In this document: piece after piece, positions 1-8,900 of the stretch | How positions within the stretch are numbered: position 1 is the stretch's first letter | How the letters are laid out: each line of letters opens with the position of its first letter | IMG/VR virus record: IMGVR_UViG_3300046514_000361 | Length of the DNA: 31,002 nt | Reading direction: 5' to 3' (one strand) | Origin: an uncultured virus (IMG/VR IMGVR_UViG_3300046514_000361) | Taxonomy: Duplodnaviria; Heunggongvirae; Uroviricota; Caudoviricetes | The notes under the pieces: model-generated | What the model saw: the letters and a program-made list of their open reading frames with translations, nothing else | Database searches by the model: none | Told to the model about the DNA's origin: nothing | Translations under genes and position numbers: made by a program

Positions 1-406
1 CGAATGCTGTCTCTCAACGTTTGGAAGCGCCCTATGAGCTTGTCCTGCAGTACCTCACGCAAGATGGGACGCTGGGACGCTAGAAGGTAACTTGTCGGCA
101 GCACGTAGTCTCTCTTGCGCTTGGATCGGGATGACCGCTTGGCGATGCGTGTGAGCTTGCGCCCATACGCTTTGCTGTGCTCCATCTCGTACAACGAATG
201 CGGACGCACGAGTGTGAGTGCTTTGCCTAGACCTCTATATCGTTTTGTACCAGGACGATGGCGATGCATGTCTTGTGTTTGCCAATCGCTCAACATCGTG
301 CCGACTTCGACTTGCTTGATGTGCCGAAGACGACGCGTCATCTTCAATATTCGTTTGGTCACCTTCGTCGTATTGCATGTGACGTAGACGTGCATGGTGG
401 CGTTCC

Positions 407-745
407 TTATGCAGTACGATTGGCTGGATGGCGTGGGTCCGTAGGCCAGCCATCATTGTCCACATCGCATGTGTAGCCACGCTCATCGAGCACACGCTTG
501 TGTCTGTCATGGCAGGGCTTGCAGACAGACTGCAGCTTGCCGAGGCGAAACTTATTCCAGTCACCACCATGCGACTCGACGTGGTCAGCTACGGTAGCAA
601 GCGTGGTGACGCCCTGTGCCAAGCACATGGCGCAAAGGGGATGCTGCTGTAGCTGCAGGGTGCGACGTCGCTGCCAGATTGAGGTGCCGTACCAGTTCTT
701 GCGCCAGTCCTTGAGCGCAATGGGTGGCTGCAGCGGCTCAGTCAT
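407..745 (-). CDS. Phage packaging-associated HNH endonuclease
   Basis: PLCAMC...ATVADHVESHGGD...LQSVCKPCHDRHK and C-terminal DGWPTDPRHP, typical of terminase-adjacent HNH; ATG at 745 chosen as start. Confidence 0.85.
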   Translation of the reverse strand: MTEPLQPPIALKDWRKNWYGTSIWQRRRTLQLQQHPLCAMCLAQGVTTLATVADHVESHGGDWNKFRLGKLQSVCKPCHDRHKRVLDERGYTCDVDNDGWPTDPRHPANRTA

Positions 746-929
746 CGCTGACGACAGGCGCACTGTGTTCGAGCGTCCAGCCGTTGGCGCGACATTGCTC
801 GGCGACCTGTTGATCGGTCATGCCGATCAGCCTGCGCACGATGGGTGCAGCGGCGATCACCCGGTTGTCACGCGTGACAACGCCTGCAGTGAAGCGCGGC
901 GCTTTGATGCTGAAGACGATCTCGATCAT
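738..929 (-). CDS. Small hypothetical phage protein
   Basis: 63 aa ORF overlapping the HNH start; protein-like composition. Confidence 0.65.
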   Translation of the reverse strand: MIEIVFSIKAPRFTAGVVTRDNRVIAAAPIVRRLIGMTDQQVAEQCRANGWTLEHSAPVVSDD

Positions 930-1079
930 GGGAGGAAGCTCCCCAAAAGCAAACGCCGCCAGGGCGGAAAGCCGAGGCGGCGTGCATCGTTTGCGGGGTG
1001 ACCAACGAAAACCCAGGGAAGGAGAAAACCCGGATTCCGCGAATCTGATTTTTTTAATACGCTCATTTCATCCCATCCG

Positions 1080-1847
1080 TCAAGATGATCGAACCTTGGA
1101 CGATGGTCCCACTACCCGTTGTGCCTGCTGGCGCTCGTGGTTGGCCCTGGCGCGGTCGGCCTCGGCTTTGGCTTCGGTGTCCTCGCGTTCCAGGCCCACG
1201 GTGGCCATGCCGAGCTTGATCGCAATCATGGTCAGGCTTGCCGAGAACAGGAAGCCGCGCGTCCATTTGTCGGTTTTTGTGCGGTCTGCTGCGGCTGCGA
1301 GCGGCTTGCAGTCGATCAGGACGGTGCGGACGACGAACAGCCCGAGCGAGCCGAGATATTTCAGAATCGCAGCATCGATCATCCGCAGGCGGCGAGCAGC
1401 CCGGCGTTGGCGATCCGTGATGAGTTCGGCGAAGCGGCCACCCTGCACGTAGGGGCGGGATGGATCGGTGGCAGCGATGCGGCCGACTTGGCTGACGGTG
1501 TGGAGTTCCTGGTAGCTGCGGCCAGCGGCGTAGCGCACCGGATTGATCTGATGGCGAGCGAACATCTTGCCGAGCGGATCGCCGCGAATGGTTTGGGCGA
1601 CGATGATGGTGGGCCGCATCGGTGGCACCCATTCGTGTTCACCGCGTGGATGGGCGAGCAGCCCGTCGCGTCGCTGCCCGATCTCGCGGGTGGCTTGGTC
1701 GGTCGAGAGCAGGCCACCCGGTTCTTCGATGGTAAGCGCAGCCATCTGCGGCTGGCCTGGGATCGGGCCGTAGAGCGGTCGCAGATCGTGGACGCGTTGC
1801 GGCTTGGCTTTGCGCTGGCGAGGTCGGCGCTGTGTGTGCTTCGTCAT
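1080..1847 (-). CDS. DUF6456-like putative late-gene regulator
   Basis: DPLGKMFARHQI...YAAGRSYQE...DPSRPYVQGG motif; sits where lambda Q would, between replication and late genes. Confidence 0.6.
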   Translation of the reverse strand: MTKHTQRRPRQRKAKPQRVHDLRPLYGPIPGQPQMAALTIEEPGGLLSTDQATREIGQRRDGLLAHPRGEHEWVPPMRPTIIVAQTIRGDPLGKMFARHQINPVRYAAGRSYQELHTVSQVGRIAATDPSRPYVQGGRFAELITDRQRRAARRLRMIDAAILKYLGSLGLFVVRTVLIDCKPLAAAADRTKTDKWTRGFLFSASLTMIAIKLGMATVGLEREDTEAKAEADRARANHERQQAQRVVGPSSKVRSS

Positions 1848-3416
1848 TCAGTCATCCAGGGATTTGTAGGCGCAGGCTTCGACGTCGAAGCGAAATTTGA
1901 TGTGGCCTTTTGAGCCTGAGTCATCGAACCGAACTTTGCGGATGTACGCGGTCGCGGTGTTTGGCTCGTCGGTGTAGATCACGACGCCATGGTCGGGCTT
2001 GTTGTACCAGTGCGCGGACCCATCGATGTCGTACAGCGTCGGTGGTCGCGACTTGCCGTCCTTGCCGACGTCTTTGGTTGGGTGTGCGACGACGATGACG
2101 GCGACACCGTATTGTTTTCCCCATCGACGCAGCATGCGGATCGCCCGGCCGATATATTCCCCGGTTGATTCGTCCTTGCGTCTCGCGTGTTCGACCTCGT
2201 TCCAGGGATCGATGATCAGTAGGCGTATGCCATCACGCAACACTGCGTCGGTTGCACGGTCGAGAATCCAATCGAGCGTGAGGTCTGTATCGAGATCGTT
2301 GCCTGCTGGATCGTCATCGATGAATAGAAACCAATCGTTGATCCAGCCATCGACGCGGGCGATTTCGTTGAGATCGAGGTAGAACGGTCTACGCCCGAGC
2401 TTGATGCGGCGCAGCTTGTCGCGGAGGTGGGGGATGATCGACATTTCCGGCGAGTAGATCGCGGTGCGCCATTCGTGCTTGTCGGACATTTGTCGCGCGA
2501 TGTTGAGTACCCAAGTGCTTTTGCCGTGGCCTGGAATCCCGGTGACTACCATGAACTCGCCGGGAAAGATCGTGAGGTTGTGGTCAAGCATTCCGAGGCC
2601 GGTCTTGTAGGTGACGAGCGGCGGCAGATCGGGATAGTCGAACAGCCGATAGAGTCCGCGCACTGGGTATGGCTTGGCGTTATTGAGCACATCGCGCACG
2701 GCCTCTAATCCGAAATGCATACAGACTTCGTTGAGGTCTTTGCACGGGCGCAGCTTGCCGTTCTTGCCGAGAACTCTTGGCTCTTCCGGATACGTCACGT
2801 ACAGGCAGCGTGCTGCCGACAATCGGCGCACGAGTTCGGCGGCGAGACGTTGGCCGGGTTCGTCGTCGTCGCTGGCGATGATGAATCGTTTGATCGGCTT
2901 GAGGCGGTCGCGATTATTCCAGATGAACTGAAATTTGCTCGTTCGCTCAGCTTCGGGATCGAGAGGGTCAAGATCGTCAGGCTTACGGCCTTCGGGCACG
3001 GGTGGTGCGCCATCCGGCACTGAGACGGTGAGTGGCCAGCCGCTTTCGATTGCGGTCAATCCATCGACTTCGCCTTCGGTGATGACGAGCGGCATCCTGC
3101 CATCGGTGAGTGCGGGATCGTCCAAGACGTCGGAATTCCAGAATGTGCGGCGTCCGCCTTCACGTTGCCAGAAGCGCGGTCGGCCGTCCTCGATTTCCCA
3201 CGGCATGCGGCGATATTTTTCGGCGACGGTGGTACCGTGCTCGATAGTTGGAAAGACGATGATGTTGCCGTCTGGATCGGGCACGACTTCGCGTCTGCCG
3301 TTCGAATTTTGCACCGATCTAGCGGTATAGATTTCGAACCGCGCGGCCGTCTCGCAACTGATCCCGCGGGTTTCGAAAGCCTCGGCGGCCTTCATGCCGA
3401 GCACTTTGCTGTCCAT
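1848..3416 (-). CDS. TOPRIM primase-SF4 helicase (T7 gp4/Twinkle-like) lacking the N-terminal Zn finger
   Basis: ITEGEVDGL (TOPRIM E), SDDDEPG (DxD), Walker A GIPGHGKS, Walker B LIIDP, VVAHPTK; AAAGGAG RBS 9 nt before ATG at 3416. Confidence 0.9.
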   Translation of the reverse strand: MDSKVLGMKAAEAFETRGISCETAARFEIYTARSVQNSNGRREVVPDPDGNIIVFPTIEHGTTVAEKYRRMPWEIEDGRPRFWQREGGRRTFWNSDVLDDPALTDGRMPLVITEGEVDGLTAIESGWPLTVSVPDGAPPVPEGRKPDDLDPLDPEAERTSKFQFIWNNRDRLKPIKRFIIASDDDEPGQRLAAELVRRLSAARCLYVTYPEEPRVLGKNGKLRPCKDLNEVCMHFGLEAVRDVLNNAKPYPVRGLYRLFDYPDLPPLVTYKTGLGMLDHNLTIFPGEFMVVTGIPGHGKSTWVLNIARQMSDKHEWRTAIYSPEMSIIPHLRDKLRRIKLGRRPFYLDLNEIARVDGWINDWFLFIDDDPAGNDLDTDLTLDWILDRATDAVLRDGIRLLIIDPWNEVEHARRKDESTGEYIGRAIRMLRRWGKQYGVAVIVVAHPTKDVGKDGKSRPPTLYDIDGSAHWYNKPDHGVVIYTDEPNTATAYIRKVRFDDSGSKGHIKFRFDVEACAYKSLDD

Positions 3417-3627
3417 AGAACTCGGCTCCTTTCCAGTCGCAGTGGAAGCAGTGGTAGAGCACCGCATCGGTGGTGATCTTCACCGACAGGCAGCGATTGC
3501 GTTTTTTGCGCCGCAGATGCGAGCATTGCGGGCATATCGTGAGATACGCGCCGACGTTTTGACGTGGCACAACGATGTGCAGTTTTTGCAGTGCCTCATG
3601 TGCGCTGTCACAGCGCCCAGTCGCCAT
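3319..3627 (-). CDS. Primase zinc-binding domain as a separate ORF
   Basis: CPQCSHLRRKK...CLSVKI...YHCFHCDWKG Cys4 ribbon typical of the N-terminus of gp4/Twinkle-like primases. Confidence 0.75.
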   Translation of the reverse strand: MATGRCDSAHEALQKLHIVVPRQNVGAYLTICPQCSHLRRKKRNRCLSVKITTDAVLYHCFHCDWKGAEFYGQQSARHEGRRGFRNPRDQLRDGRAVRNLYR

Positions 3628-4453
3628 AGCCTTCGTCCATTTTGCTGGTTGGTTTTCGTTTTACGATTGCGCCACCGATGTACTCGCGCGGGTTTTCCTT
3701 CTTCGCGGCCATCTCGATGATTGTGAGGGCTTCAGCCCAGTCGCCGTTGGTGGCATTGACGAGTTTTTTGATCAGGGCGGCGGTATTGTCGCCGAGGATT
3801 TCTTTCCCTCGGCGATAGACCTGCGTTTCATGTGAAACGTCCGTTACGGATTCTTTCGCTTCGCCCCTCAAGGGCGAAGAATGCGTTTCGCCCTCTTCCC
3901 CGGAGGGGAAGAGGGAGTCTTCTTTTCCCTTACTGTCTCTGTCCCTGTCCCTTGGATTCCGTAACGGATGGTTCCTTTGATCCGTTACGTTGTCCGTTAC
4001 GTCCATTCTGCTGTCGTCCGTTACGGATGTGCGCCGCTCTTGGCGACGGCGTTCGGCTGCGGCATCCGTCGCCGCCTTAGTGCGTTGTCGCTGTTTCCTT
4101 TTTCGTTCCCAAGCATCAAGCGCCTTCTCGCATACGACCGGATGATAGTAACGCCCATCGGTACATGGACCGATCCAACCATCGAGCACCTGATCGGCAA
4201 TGCGACGCCAGACCTTCGGGGTGCTACCCGACATCCGGCCGACAGCTACCCGGTCGCCGGGCAGCGATCCGGCGGGCACTTGGTGCCATGCCTCGATCCA
4301 CAAATTGATGCACGCGTAAGCCACCCATGGGTCGGTTGCAGCACGCAACCAAGTGCGACTTTTGCGCAGCCGGTCACCCTCTAACGGCATGAACCCGAAG
4401 TCGCGCAAATCGACCTCGGGAGGGACTAGCGGAGCGGGGCGGGGATCGGTCAT
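3608..4453 (-). CDS. DUF1376/YdaU-like replication initiator
   Basis: APLVPPEVDLRDFGFMPL...LWIEAWHQVPAGSLP...DGRYYHPVVCEKAL; ATGA overlap at 4450-4453; internal iterons. Confidence 0.8.
   Translation of the reverse strand: MTDPRPAPLVPPEVDLRDFGFMPLEGDRLRKSRTWLRAATDPWVAYACINLWIEAWHQVPAGSLPGDRVAVGRMSGSTPKVWRRIADQVLDGWIGPCTDGRYYHPVVCEKALDAWERKRKQRQRTKAATDAAAERRRQERRTSVTDDSRMDVTDNVTDQRNHPLRNPRDRDRDSKGKEDSLFPSGEEGETHSSPLRGEAKESVTDVSHETQVYRRGKEILGDNTAALIKKLVNATNGDWAEALTIIEMAAKKENPREYIGGAIVKRKPTSKMDEGYGDWAL
3840..4027. repeat. Iteron-like repeats, probable replication origin inside the initiator gene
   Basis: TCCGTTACG at 3840, 3981, 3993, 4017 and an inverted copy (TCCGTAACGGA) at 3958, next to a pyrimidine tract (CTGTCTCTGTCCCTGTCCC). 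Confidence 0.7.
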
Positions 4454-4869
4454 GGCCCGCGCACTCCTGACGGAGGTGCCCACCGGTAGCCGTTCATCCG
4501 GGTGTGCCACGTCCAATGACACTTGCGGCATAACCAGGACGTCGGCCATTGGTCAAAATCATTGAACACCGCAAACGGTGCCCAGTGATGAAGCTCAGCC
4601 TCGGCTTCACCACACCGTGCGCACGCCTGCGCGGGGTTACCGACATCGATGCGTGAAGCGGCGCGCTGCACATCCTTGGAAAGCTTCGCGAGCGCAATCG
4701 AACCGCCACAGAGATGATCGCAGTCCATACATTGAAGCTGGAATCGTTCGATGCCATTTGCCTGCCGCTTCGCAACGATCCGATACCAAGGACCAGGGCA
4801 GGCGCACGGCAGCGTGAGATACATTTCGAGGCCATGCGCGCGTAGATCGGATCGGCCGCGATAGATCAT
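4450..4869 (-). CDS. Cys/His-rich HNH-like zinc-binding protein
   Basis: CMDC, CARC...ELHHWAP...LCRKCHWTWH; coupled to both neighbours. Confidence 0.65.
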   Translation of the reverse strand: MIYRGRSDLRAHGLEMYLTLPCACPGPWYRIVAKRQANGIERFQLQCMDCDHLCGGSIALAKLSKDVQRAASRIDVGNPAQACARCGEAEAELHHWAPFAVFNDFDQWPTSWLCRKCHWTWHTRMNGYRWAPPSGVRGP

Positions 4870-5180
4870 TACCGGCCTCCCGTCTCGGCATAGAAGAACA
4901 GTGTCCCGACCGTAATCGGTCGCCGCGTGTCGCTATTGTAGTTGCCCCACCGTTTGGAATATTTGCGGGTGTTCACCCACTTGCGCCAACATGCCCGGCG
5001 ACCTGGATACATGCCCGGCTTGCGCGCCGTCGCCGACCACGCATCGAAAAGATCGAAACCTTCGTCGCCCAAAGCGTCGTAGATCGCAGCGGCGACACGC
5101 CACCAAACGTCCTGCGAACAATCTGGCGAGATGCACTGCAATGCATCCTCGATATCATTCTTGGTGCGTTCCGGTGTCAT
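4869..5180 (-). CDS. Stand-alone PriCT-2 (primase C-terminal 2) domain protein
   Basis: ALQCISPD...WWRVAAAI...GFDLFDAWS...Y...KW...ITVGTLFFYA. Confidence 0.75.
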   Translation of the reverse strand: MTPERTKNDIEDALQCISPDCSQDVWWRVAAAIYDALGDEGFDLFDAWSATARKPGMYPGRRACWRKWVNTRKYSKRWGNYNSDTRRPITVGTLFFYAETGGR

Positions 5181-5512
5181 GCAGCATCGTCCGCCATTGC
5201 CCCCAGCCGCACTGAAAGCTCTGCACGTTCGTCCCCGATCTCCTTGCGTTTCGCGTGCGCACGCACGACGATGTAGGCGTACCGCTGGTCGCGTATGCGC
5301 CGCTGCAGCAGGAACGCAAAGCCCTTGTGCTCCCAGTTCCGCACTTGCCGCGCGACGACGTCGAGCGTCGTGGCCGGGTAGGTGCAGAACGCAGTCCCAC
5401 GATCACGCGCGAGATTGCCGCGTGCATAGATGAGCCGCGCGCCGGGCTGCGCTTCGGAAAACCAGGCTGTCAGCCCGGCAGGATCGATGTGCTCGGTGTC
5501 GCCGGTTTTCAT
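5177..5512 (-). CDS. Hypothetical phage protein
   Basis: GAGGT RBS before ATG 5512; AWFSEAQPGARLIYARGNLARDR motif; ATGA coupling downstream. Confidence 0.7.
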   Translation of the reverse strand: MKTGDTEHIDPAGLTAWFSEAQPGARLIYARGNLARDRGTAFCTYPATTLDVVARQVRNWEHKGFAFLLQRRIRDQRYAYIVVRAHAKRKEIGDERAELSVRLGAMADDAA

Positions 5513-5519
5513 GTGAACC

Positions 5520-5783
5520 TCACGCAGCAACCGCAGTCTTGAAGACCAAGCGGAAGCCCTTGCCGGATTTTCCCTTGATGCTGAAGCTCGTGTTGGCGAG
5601 CGCGACATTGATCTGGTGGATATGCGTGCGAACGTTGTCGTGTGCGGAATGCTCCTCGCGTAACGGGAACATGGTGCGTGCGATCTCGCGCGTGGTGATG
5701 CCCGGCTGGGTCACGATCAGGTCGAAGATGCGCAGCTTGATCGGGCCAAACGGCACGCCGCAGCGGGTCAAATGGTCGGTCAT
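5520..5783 (-). CDS. Winged-helix (OmpR/PhoB C-terminal-like) DNA-binding protein
   Basis: ITTREIARTMF...NVRTHIHQINVAL...IKGKSGKGFRL. Confidence 0.7.
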   Translation of the reverse strand: MTDHLTRCGVPFGPIKLRIFDLIVTQPGITTREIARTMFPLREEHSAHDNVRTHIHQINVALANTSFSIKGKSGKGFRLVFKTAVAA

Positions 5784-6388
5784 GCGGTCACCCTTCGCTC
5801 GTTGAATTTATCCACCTCGTTGCCCCAGCAATCCCAGCCGGGTCGCCGCTGCCGCGCGAACAGTTCGACGTAGGGGCCAGCGACCAGCCGCTCGATGCGC
5901 TCGTGGATGCAGTCGGGCTTGCGGCTGTGCTCGCGACGCGGCTCGATGATGCCCTGGCGCACGTCCGCGTTCAGACGCTTGGGACTTCCGCGCGTCGCAA
6001 GCAGACACACCTCGGAGTTGGCCCGCGTCCAATAGCCGTTGCCGATCTGCACCGGCACATCGTCATCGAACATCTGAAGCTGCGAGCCGTTGGCCTTCAT
6101 CCACGCGAACGCACACGTCTTATAGGTGAAGCCCCAGCAGTCGATGACGTTGAGCGCGCGATGCATCGTCGGCCAGACGATCCAGACCAGGAGCACGCAA
6201 TCGCGAGCAGCGAGGTCGCCAATCGGAAGCGCGGCAATCTCCGCAATGCTCATCGTCGCGTAGTAGCGATTGGCGTCAGTCGGTGAATTTGCTTGCGATC
6301 CCCACGTCTCGAATTTCCACGGCGGATCGGCCAGGATCACGCCGTAGCGTTCGCGCTGCAGACCAGCGAATGGTCCGTTTTCGATCAT
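5780..6388 (-). CDS. MT-A70 family N6-adenine methyltransferase
   Basis: ILADPPW motif, WGFTYKT, GYWTRANSE, HSRKPD, ELFAR, WGNE; ATG 6388 couples to the upstream stop (GTG 6394 is an alternative). Confidence 0.92.
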   Translation of the reverse strand: MIENGPFAGLQRERYGVILADPPWKFETWGSQANSPTDANRYYATMSIAEIAALPIGDLAARDCVLLVWIVWPTMHRALNVIDCWGFTYKTCAFAWMKANGSQLQMFDDDVPVQIGNGYWTRANSEVCLLATRGSPKRLNADVRQGIIEPRREHSRKPDCIHERIERLVAGPYVELFARQRRPGWDCWGNEVDKFNERRVTA

Positions 6389-6555
6389 CGCCACTTCTCG
6401 TCAGTCAGTGTGTTGTACGCCAGCGTTCTCAGGTCATCCTCGATGCAAAACGGCCTGACGATCTGTTCGCGTAGCAAGCGCGGAAGCTGCGAGCGTAATT
6501 TTTCGACCATCGCGTCAACTTCCTGCGGCGTATGGATTTCAACTGTGCGGATCAT
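6385..6555 (-). CDS. Small hypothetical protein (56 aa, MIRTVEIHTPQ...; below the ORF-track cutoff)
   Basis: Translated by hand; ATGA overlaps at both ends. Confidence 0.6.
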   Translation of the reverse strand: MIRTVEIHTPQEVDAMVEKLRSQLPRLLREQIVRPFCIEDDLRTLAYNTLTDEKWR

Positions 6556-6830
6556 GCGTGCCCCATCGGATGTGCAAGCGGATCGTCTTCATCGCGATAG
6601 TGGCGGCTCATGCCATAGAGATCGGTGAGAAATCCCCACGTCTCGAATTCGTTTGCTTCGGACAGGAAGCGTGCGAGCACTTCCGTCAAAGCCTCAACGC
6701 ATCGCTTGGCGTCGAGCGGCCCCTTGTTGTTCGAGGCAAGCTCGGCCGCGATGAGCGCCTGAGCAATCCGGCAGACATGGCAATCGCTGCCATTGGCCAA
6801 AGGTGCGTGACATTTGCCGACCTTCATCAT
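6552..6830 (-). CDS. Hypothetical protein
   Basis: ATGA-coupled to neighbours in the leftward operon. Confidence 0.6.
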   Translation of the reverse strand: MMKVGKCHAPLANGSDCHVCRIAQALIAAELASNNKGPLDAKRCVEALTEVLARFLSEANEFETWGFLTDLYGMSRHYRDEDDPLAHPMGHA

Positions 6831-7162
6831 TCGCGTGACTCCTCGCTGATACGATCCACCACCCGGCCCATCAGGCTTTGCGCCGTGCCATCCGCGTTGC
6901 GGGTGAGCGCATGCCGGATCGTGTCGAGCGGACAGCCGTGCTGCAGCGCCAGCGACATCAGGATCGCGGCGTCGCGCGCAATGGCCTCAAAGCTCGATCC
7001 GATCTTGCGCGAGGTGAGAAACACCTCGGCCACGCTGTACGGCGGCGGCGCATCGGGCGGCTCGAAAATCGAGTACGCGACAGTGAGGTCCGGACGGCCC
7101 GCCTCGTCGCACATGTCGAGCGTGAACGTTGGGCGGCGCTGCGGCAGGACGAGGCGGGTCAT
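6827..7162 (-). CDS. TSCPD-like protein (resembles class II ribonucleotide reductase C-terminal region)
   Basis: LPQRRP...EVFL...KIGS...DAAILMSLALQHGCPLDTI...S..G..VD. Confidence 0.7.
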   Translation of the reverse strand: MTRLVLPQRRPTFTLDMCDEAGRPDLTVAYSIFEPPDAPPPYSVAEVFLTSRKIGSSFEAIARDAAILMSLALQHGCPLDTIRHALTRNADGTAQSLMGRVVDRISEESRE

Positions 7163-7641
7163 TCTGCTGCCTCTTGCCGTTGCGGCTGCGGTTCGATTGT
7201 GAATTCGAGCAATTCACACTGCGGCACCCACCATCCGTTCTTGTCCTCGCGCCAGAAGTGAGCCTGCTTGGCATAGCCGCACAGACATGAACCGATGATG
7301 TGAAAAACCGGGACGTCACTGCAGATGACGAGCACGAATGTCTCGTGATCCTTCCTGTCGTTCGGTCTGATGATCAGGTGGCCTTCAAAATATTCCGTCG
7401 AGCGCACCTGATATACGCCCACGTCGGGCGCTTTGAACGTGCGCACGCCCGGCGTCCAATAGATGCCGAGCGCCTTCGCCACAGCACATTCGGCGCACGC
7501 GCCATCGATGTCGGTCTGCCAATTGCTGATCGGGGCGTGCTTGTACTTGTCGTAACCGCTCTTGATCGAAGACACGCGACGCATGCAGCCGACGTGGGAA
7601 GCGACCATCAACTCGATTTCATTGAGCACAACGTCGATCAT
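7159..7641 (-). CDS. Hypothetical protein, possibly nuclease-fold
   Basis: GACAECAVAKALG...PDVG..QVRST resembles a degenerate PD-(D/E)xK arrangement; ATGA-coupled. Confidence 0.6.
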   Translation of the reverse strand: MIDVVLNEIELMVASHVGCMRRVSSIKSGYDKYKHAPISNWQTDIDGACAECAVAKALGIYWTPGVRTFKAPDVGVYQVRSTEYFEGHLIIRPNDRKDHETFVLVICSDVPVFHIIGSCLCGYAKQAHFWREDKNGWWVPQCELLEFTIEPQPQRQEAAE

Positions 7642-8207
7642 TGCGCTCCCCCGACATTGAACAGCGGCTCGATACGTCGAACCAACTTTGGCTCGACTTG
7701 CGAGCAGCCCCAGGCCCACATGCCCGCAGCGTCAGCGGCGTTGTCGTCCAACTTTTCGGGATCGCCCCACTTGAGGCGGCGGCACATGCGCTTGGCGGCG
7801 AGCTTGGCCTCGTCGCGCCGCAGGTTGCCCATGCCGAGAAAATATTTGCGCCACGTCCGCGTCGGCGCTTCGATCACCGGCATCGGCCATTCCATCGCCA
7901 AGCCGATGAAGATCGCGTAGAGGCCGTGCAGGATGACGGTCGAGTCGTAGTTCGACTTGCCCCACAGGTCGCCCGGCGGGATCGGCGGCTCGATCACCAA
8001 CAAATGTGGTTGGCGTGTCTGCATTCGCATCCGCCACCACGCCACCGCGCGGCCGAACACGTCGGCCCGCACATCATGCTCTCTGGAGAATTTTACGCTG
8101 CCGATCTCAGGCGCGTCCGCGTCAGGCGCACCATAGGCAAAGCCGGTGGTGCTCGCCGGATCGAGGGCGAGCACGCGACCACCTTCGGGAAACACGATGC
8201 GCTGCAC
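7638..8207 (-). CDS. RuvC-like Holliday junction resolvase
   Basis: VLALDPASTTGFA, LVIEP, TWRKYF.G.G, DDNAADA acidic motifs. Confidence 0.8.
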   Translation of the reverse strand: MQRIVFPEGGRVLALDPASTTGFAYGAPDADAPEIGSVKFSREHDVRADVFGRAVAWWRMRMQTRQPHLLVIEPPIPPGDLWGKSNYDSTVILHGLYAIFIGLAMEWPMPVIEAPTRTWRKYFLGMGNLRRDEAKLAAKRMCRRLKWGDPEKLDDNAADAAGMWAWGCSQVEPKLVRRIEPLFNVGGAQ

Positions 8208-8309
8208 GGTTCGCCCCGTAGTGTCGGATTTCCGACAGGGTGTTTTTTGGTCGTCGGCGTTTCCCGCTCCGATAGGTTTCGGGGGCTTCGGTCGGAGCGG
8301 CCTTCTGAA

Positions 8310-8900
8310 TCAGTGCGCAAGCGGCGGCTCGGGCGCGGTGGGCGGATCGCCGTCATGGCCACGGCCGAGGCGAGCAAGCTCGGCCTCGTCGGCGCGTGGC
8401 GCAGGCTCGCTAGTCGTCGCCTCGGGCTGGCGCATGTGGCGCGGGCGCACGTCGCGCTCCTCGTCATCGCTGCCGCTGTTGTTGGTCGGGAGATAACCGG
8501 CGCGCTGCGCCGCTGCGAAGCCGAGCGGGCCGAGCGTCGAGACAAGCTGCGAGTAGGCGGCGGACTCATCGATGTCATCGAACGAAGCGGCGAGCTTCGC
8601 CTGCCGCTTCTCCAAGACGCGGTACTCGACCAGCGCCTTGAGCGCCTTCACCGGGATGCCGTGGTCTTTAGACTCACCGTAGATTTCTTTGATGTCCTCG
8701 CGCACGACCTTGCAGGCCGCCATGTACGCGCCGCGCTTCGAGTCCAGATCGTCCAGCTTCGTCTCGATGCGCTTGAGGAACGGCTGCGCCTTGCCTTCAA
8801 GCGTGTTGTCGCCGGGACGCGCAACGCGCGGACGCGCCGATGGTTTCGCTTTGCTGCTACGCGTGCCGCCGCTCCTTGAAGCCTTCCGCTTGGTCGCCAT
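8310..8900 (-). CDS. GapR-like (DUF2312/UPF0335) DNA-binding protein
   Basis: FLKRIE...REDIKEIYGESKDHGIPVKALKALV; GGAGG RBS. Confidence 0.72.
   Translation of the reverse strand: MATKRKASRSGGTRSSKAKPSARPRVARPGDNTLEGKAQPFLKRIETKLDDLDSKRGAYMAACKVVREDIKEIYGESKDHGIPVKALKALVEYRVLEKRQAKLAASFDDIDESAAYSQLVSTLGPLGFAAAQRAGYLPTNNSGSDDEERDVRPRHMRQPEATTSEPAPRADEAELARLGRGHDGDPPTAPEPPLAH

Noticed and set aside
1..406. ORFs 115-387, 235-570, 258-476 and the TGGGACGC x2 repeat near 65-80; possible cos/pac region
   Set aside because: No recognisable protein motifs or cos signature; terminase genes are outside the window, so this cannot be supported
8222..8237. TGTCGGA-TT-TCCGACA palindrome near a T-run
   Set aside because: Single copy, loop too short for a terminator, and the T-run is on the strand opposite to local transcription; function unsupported
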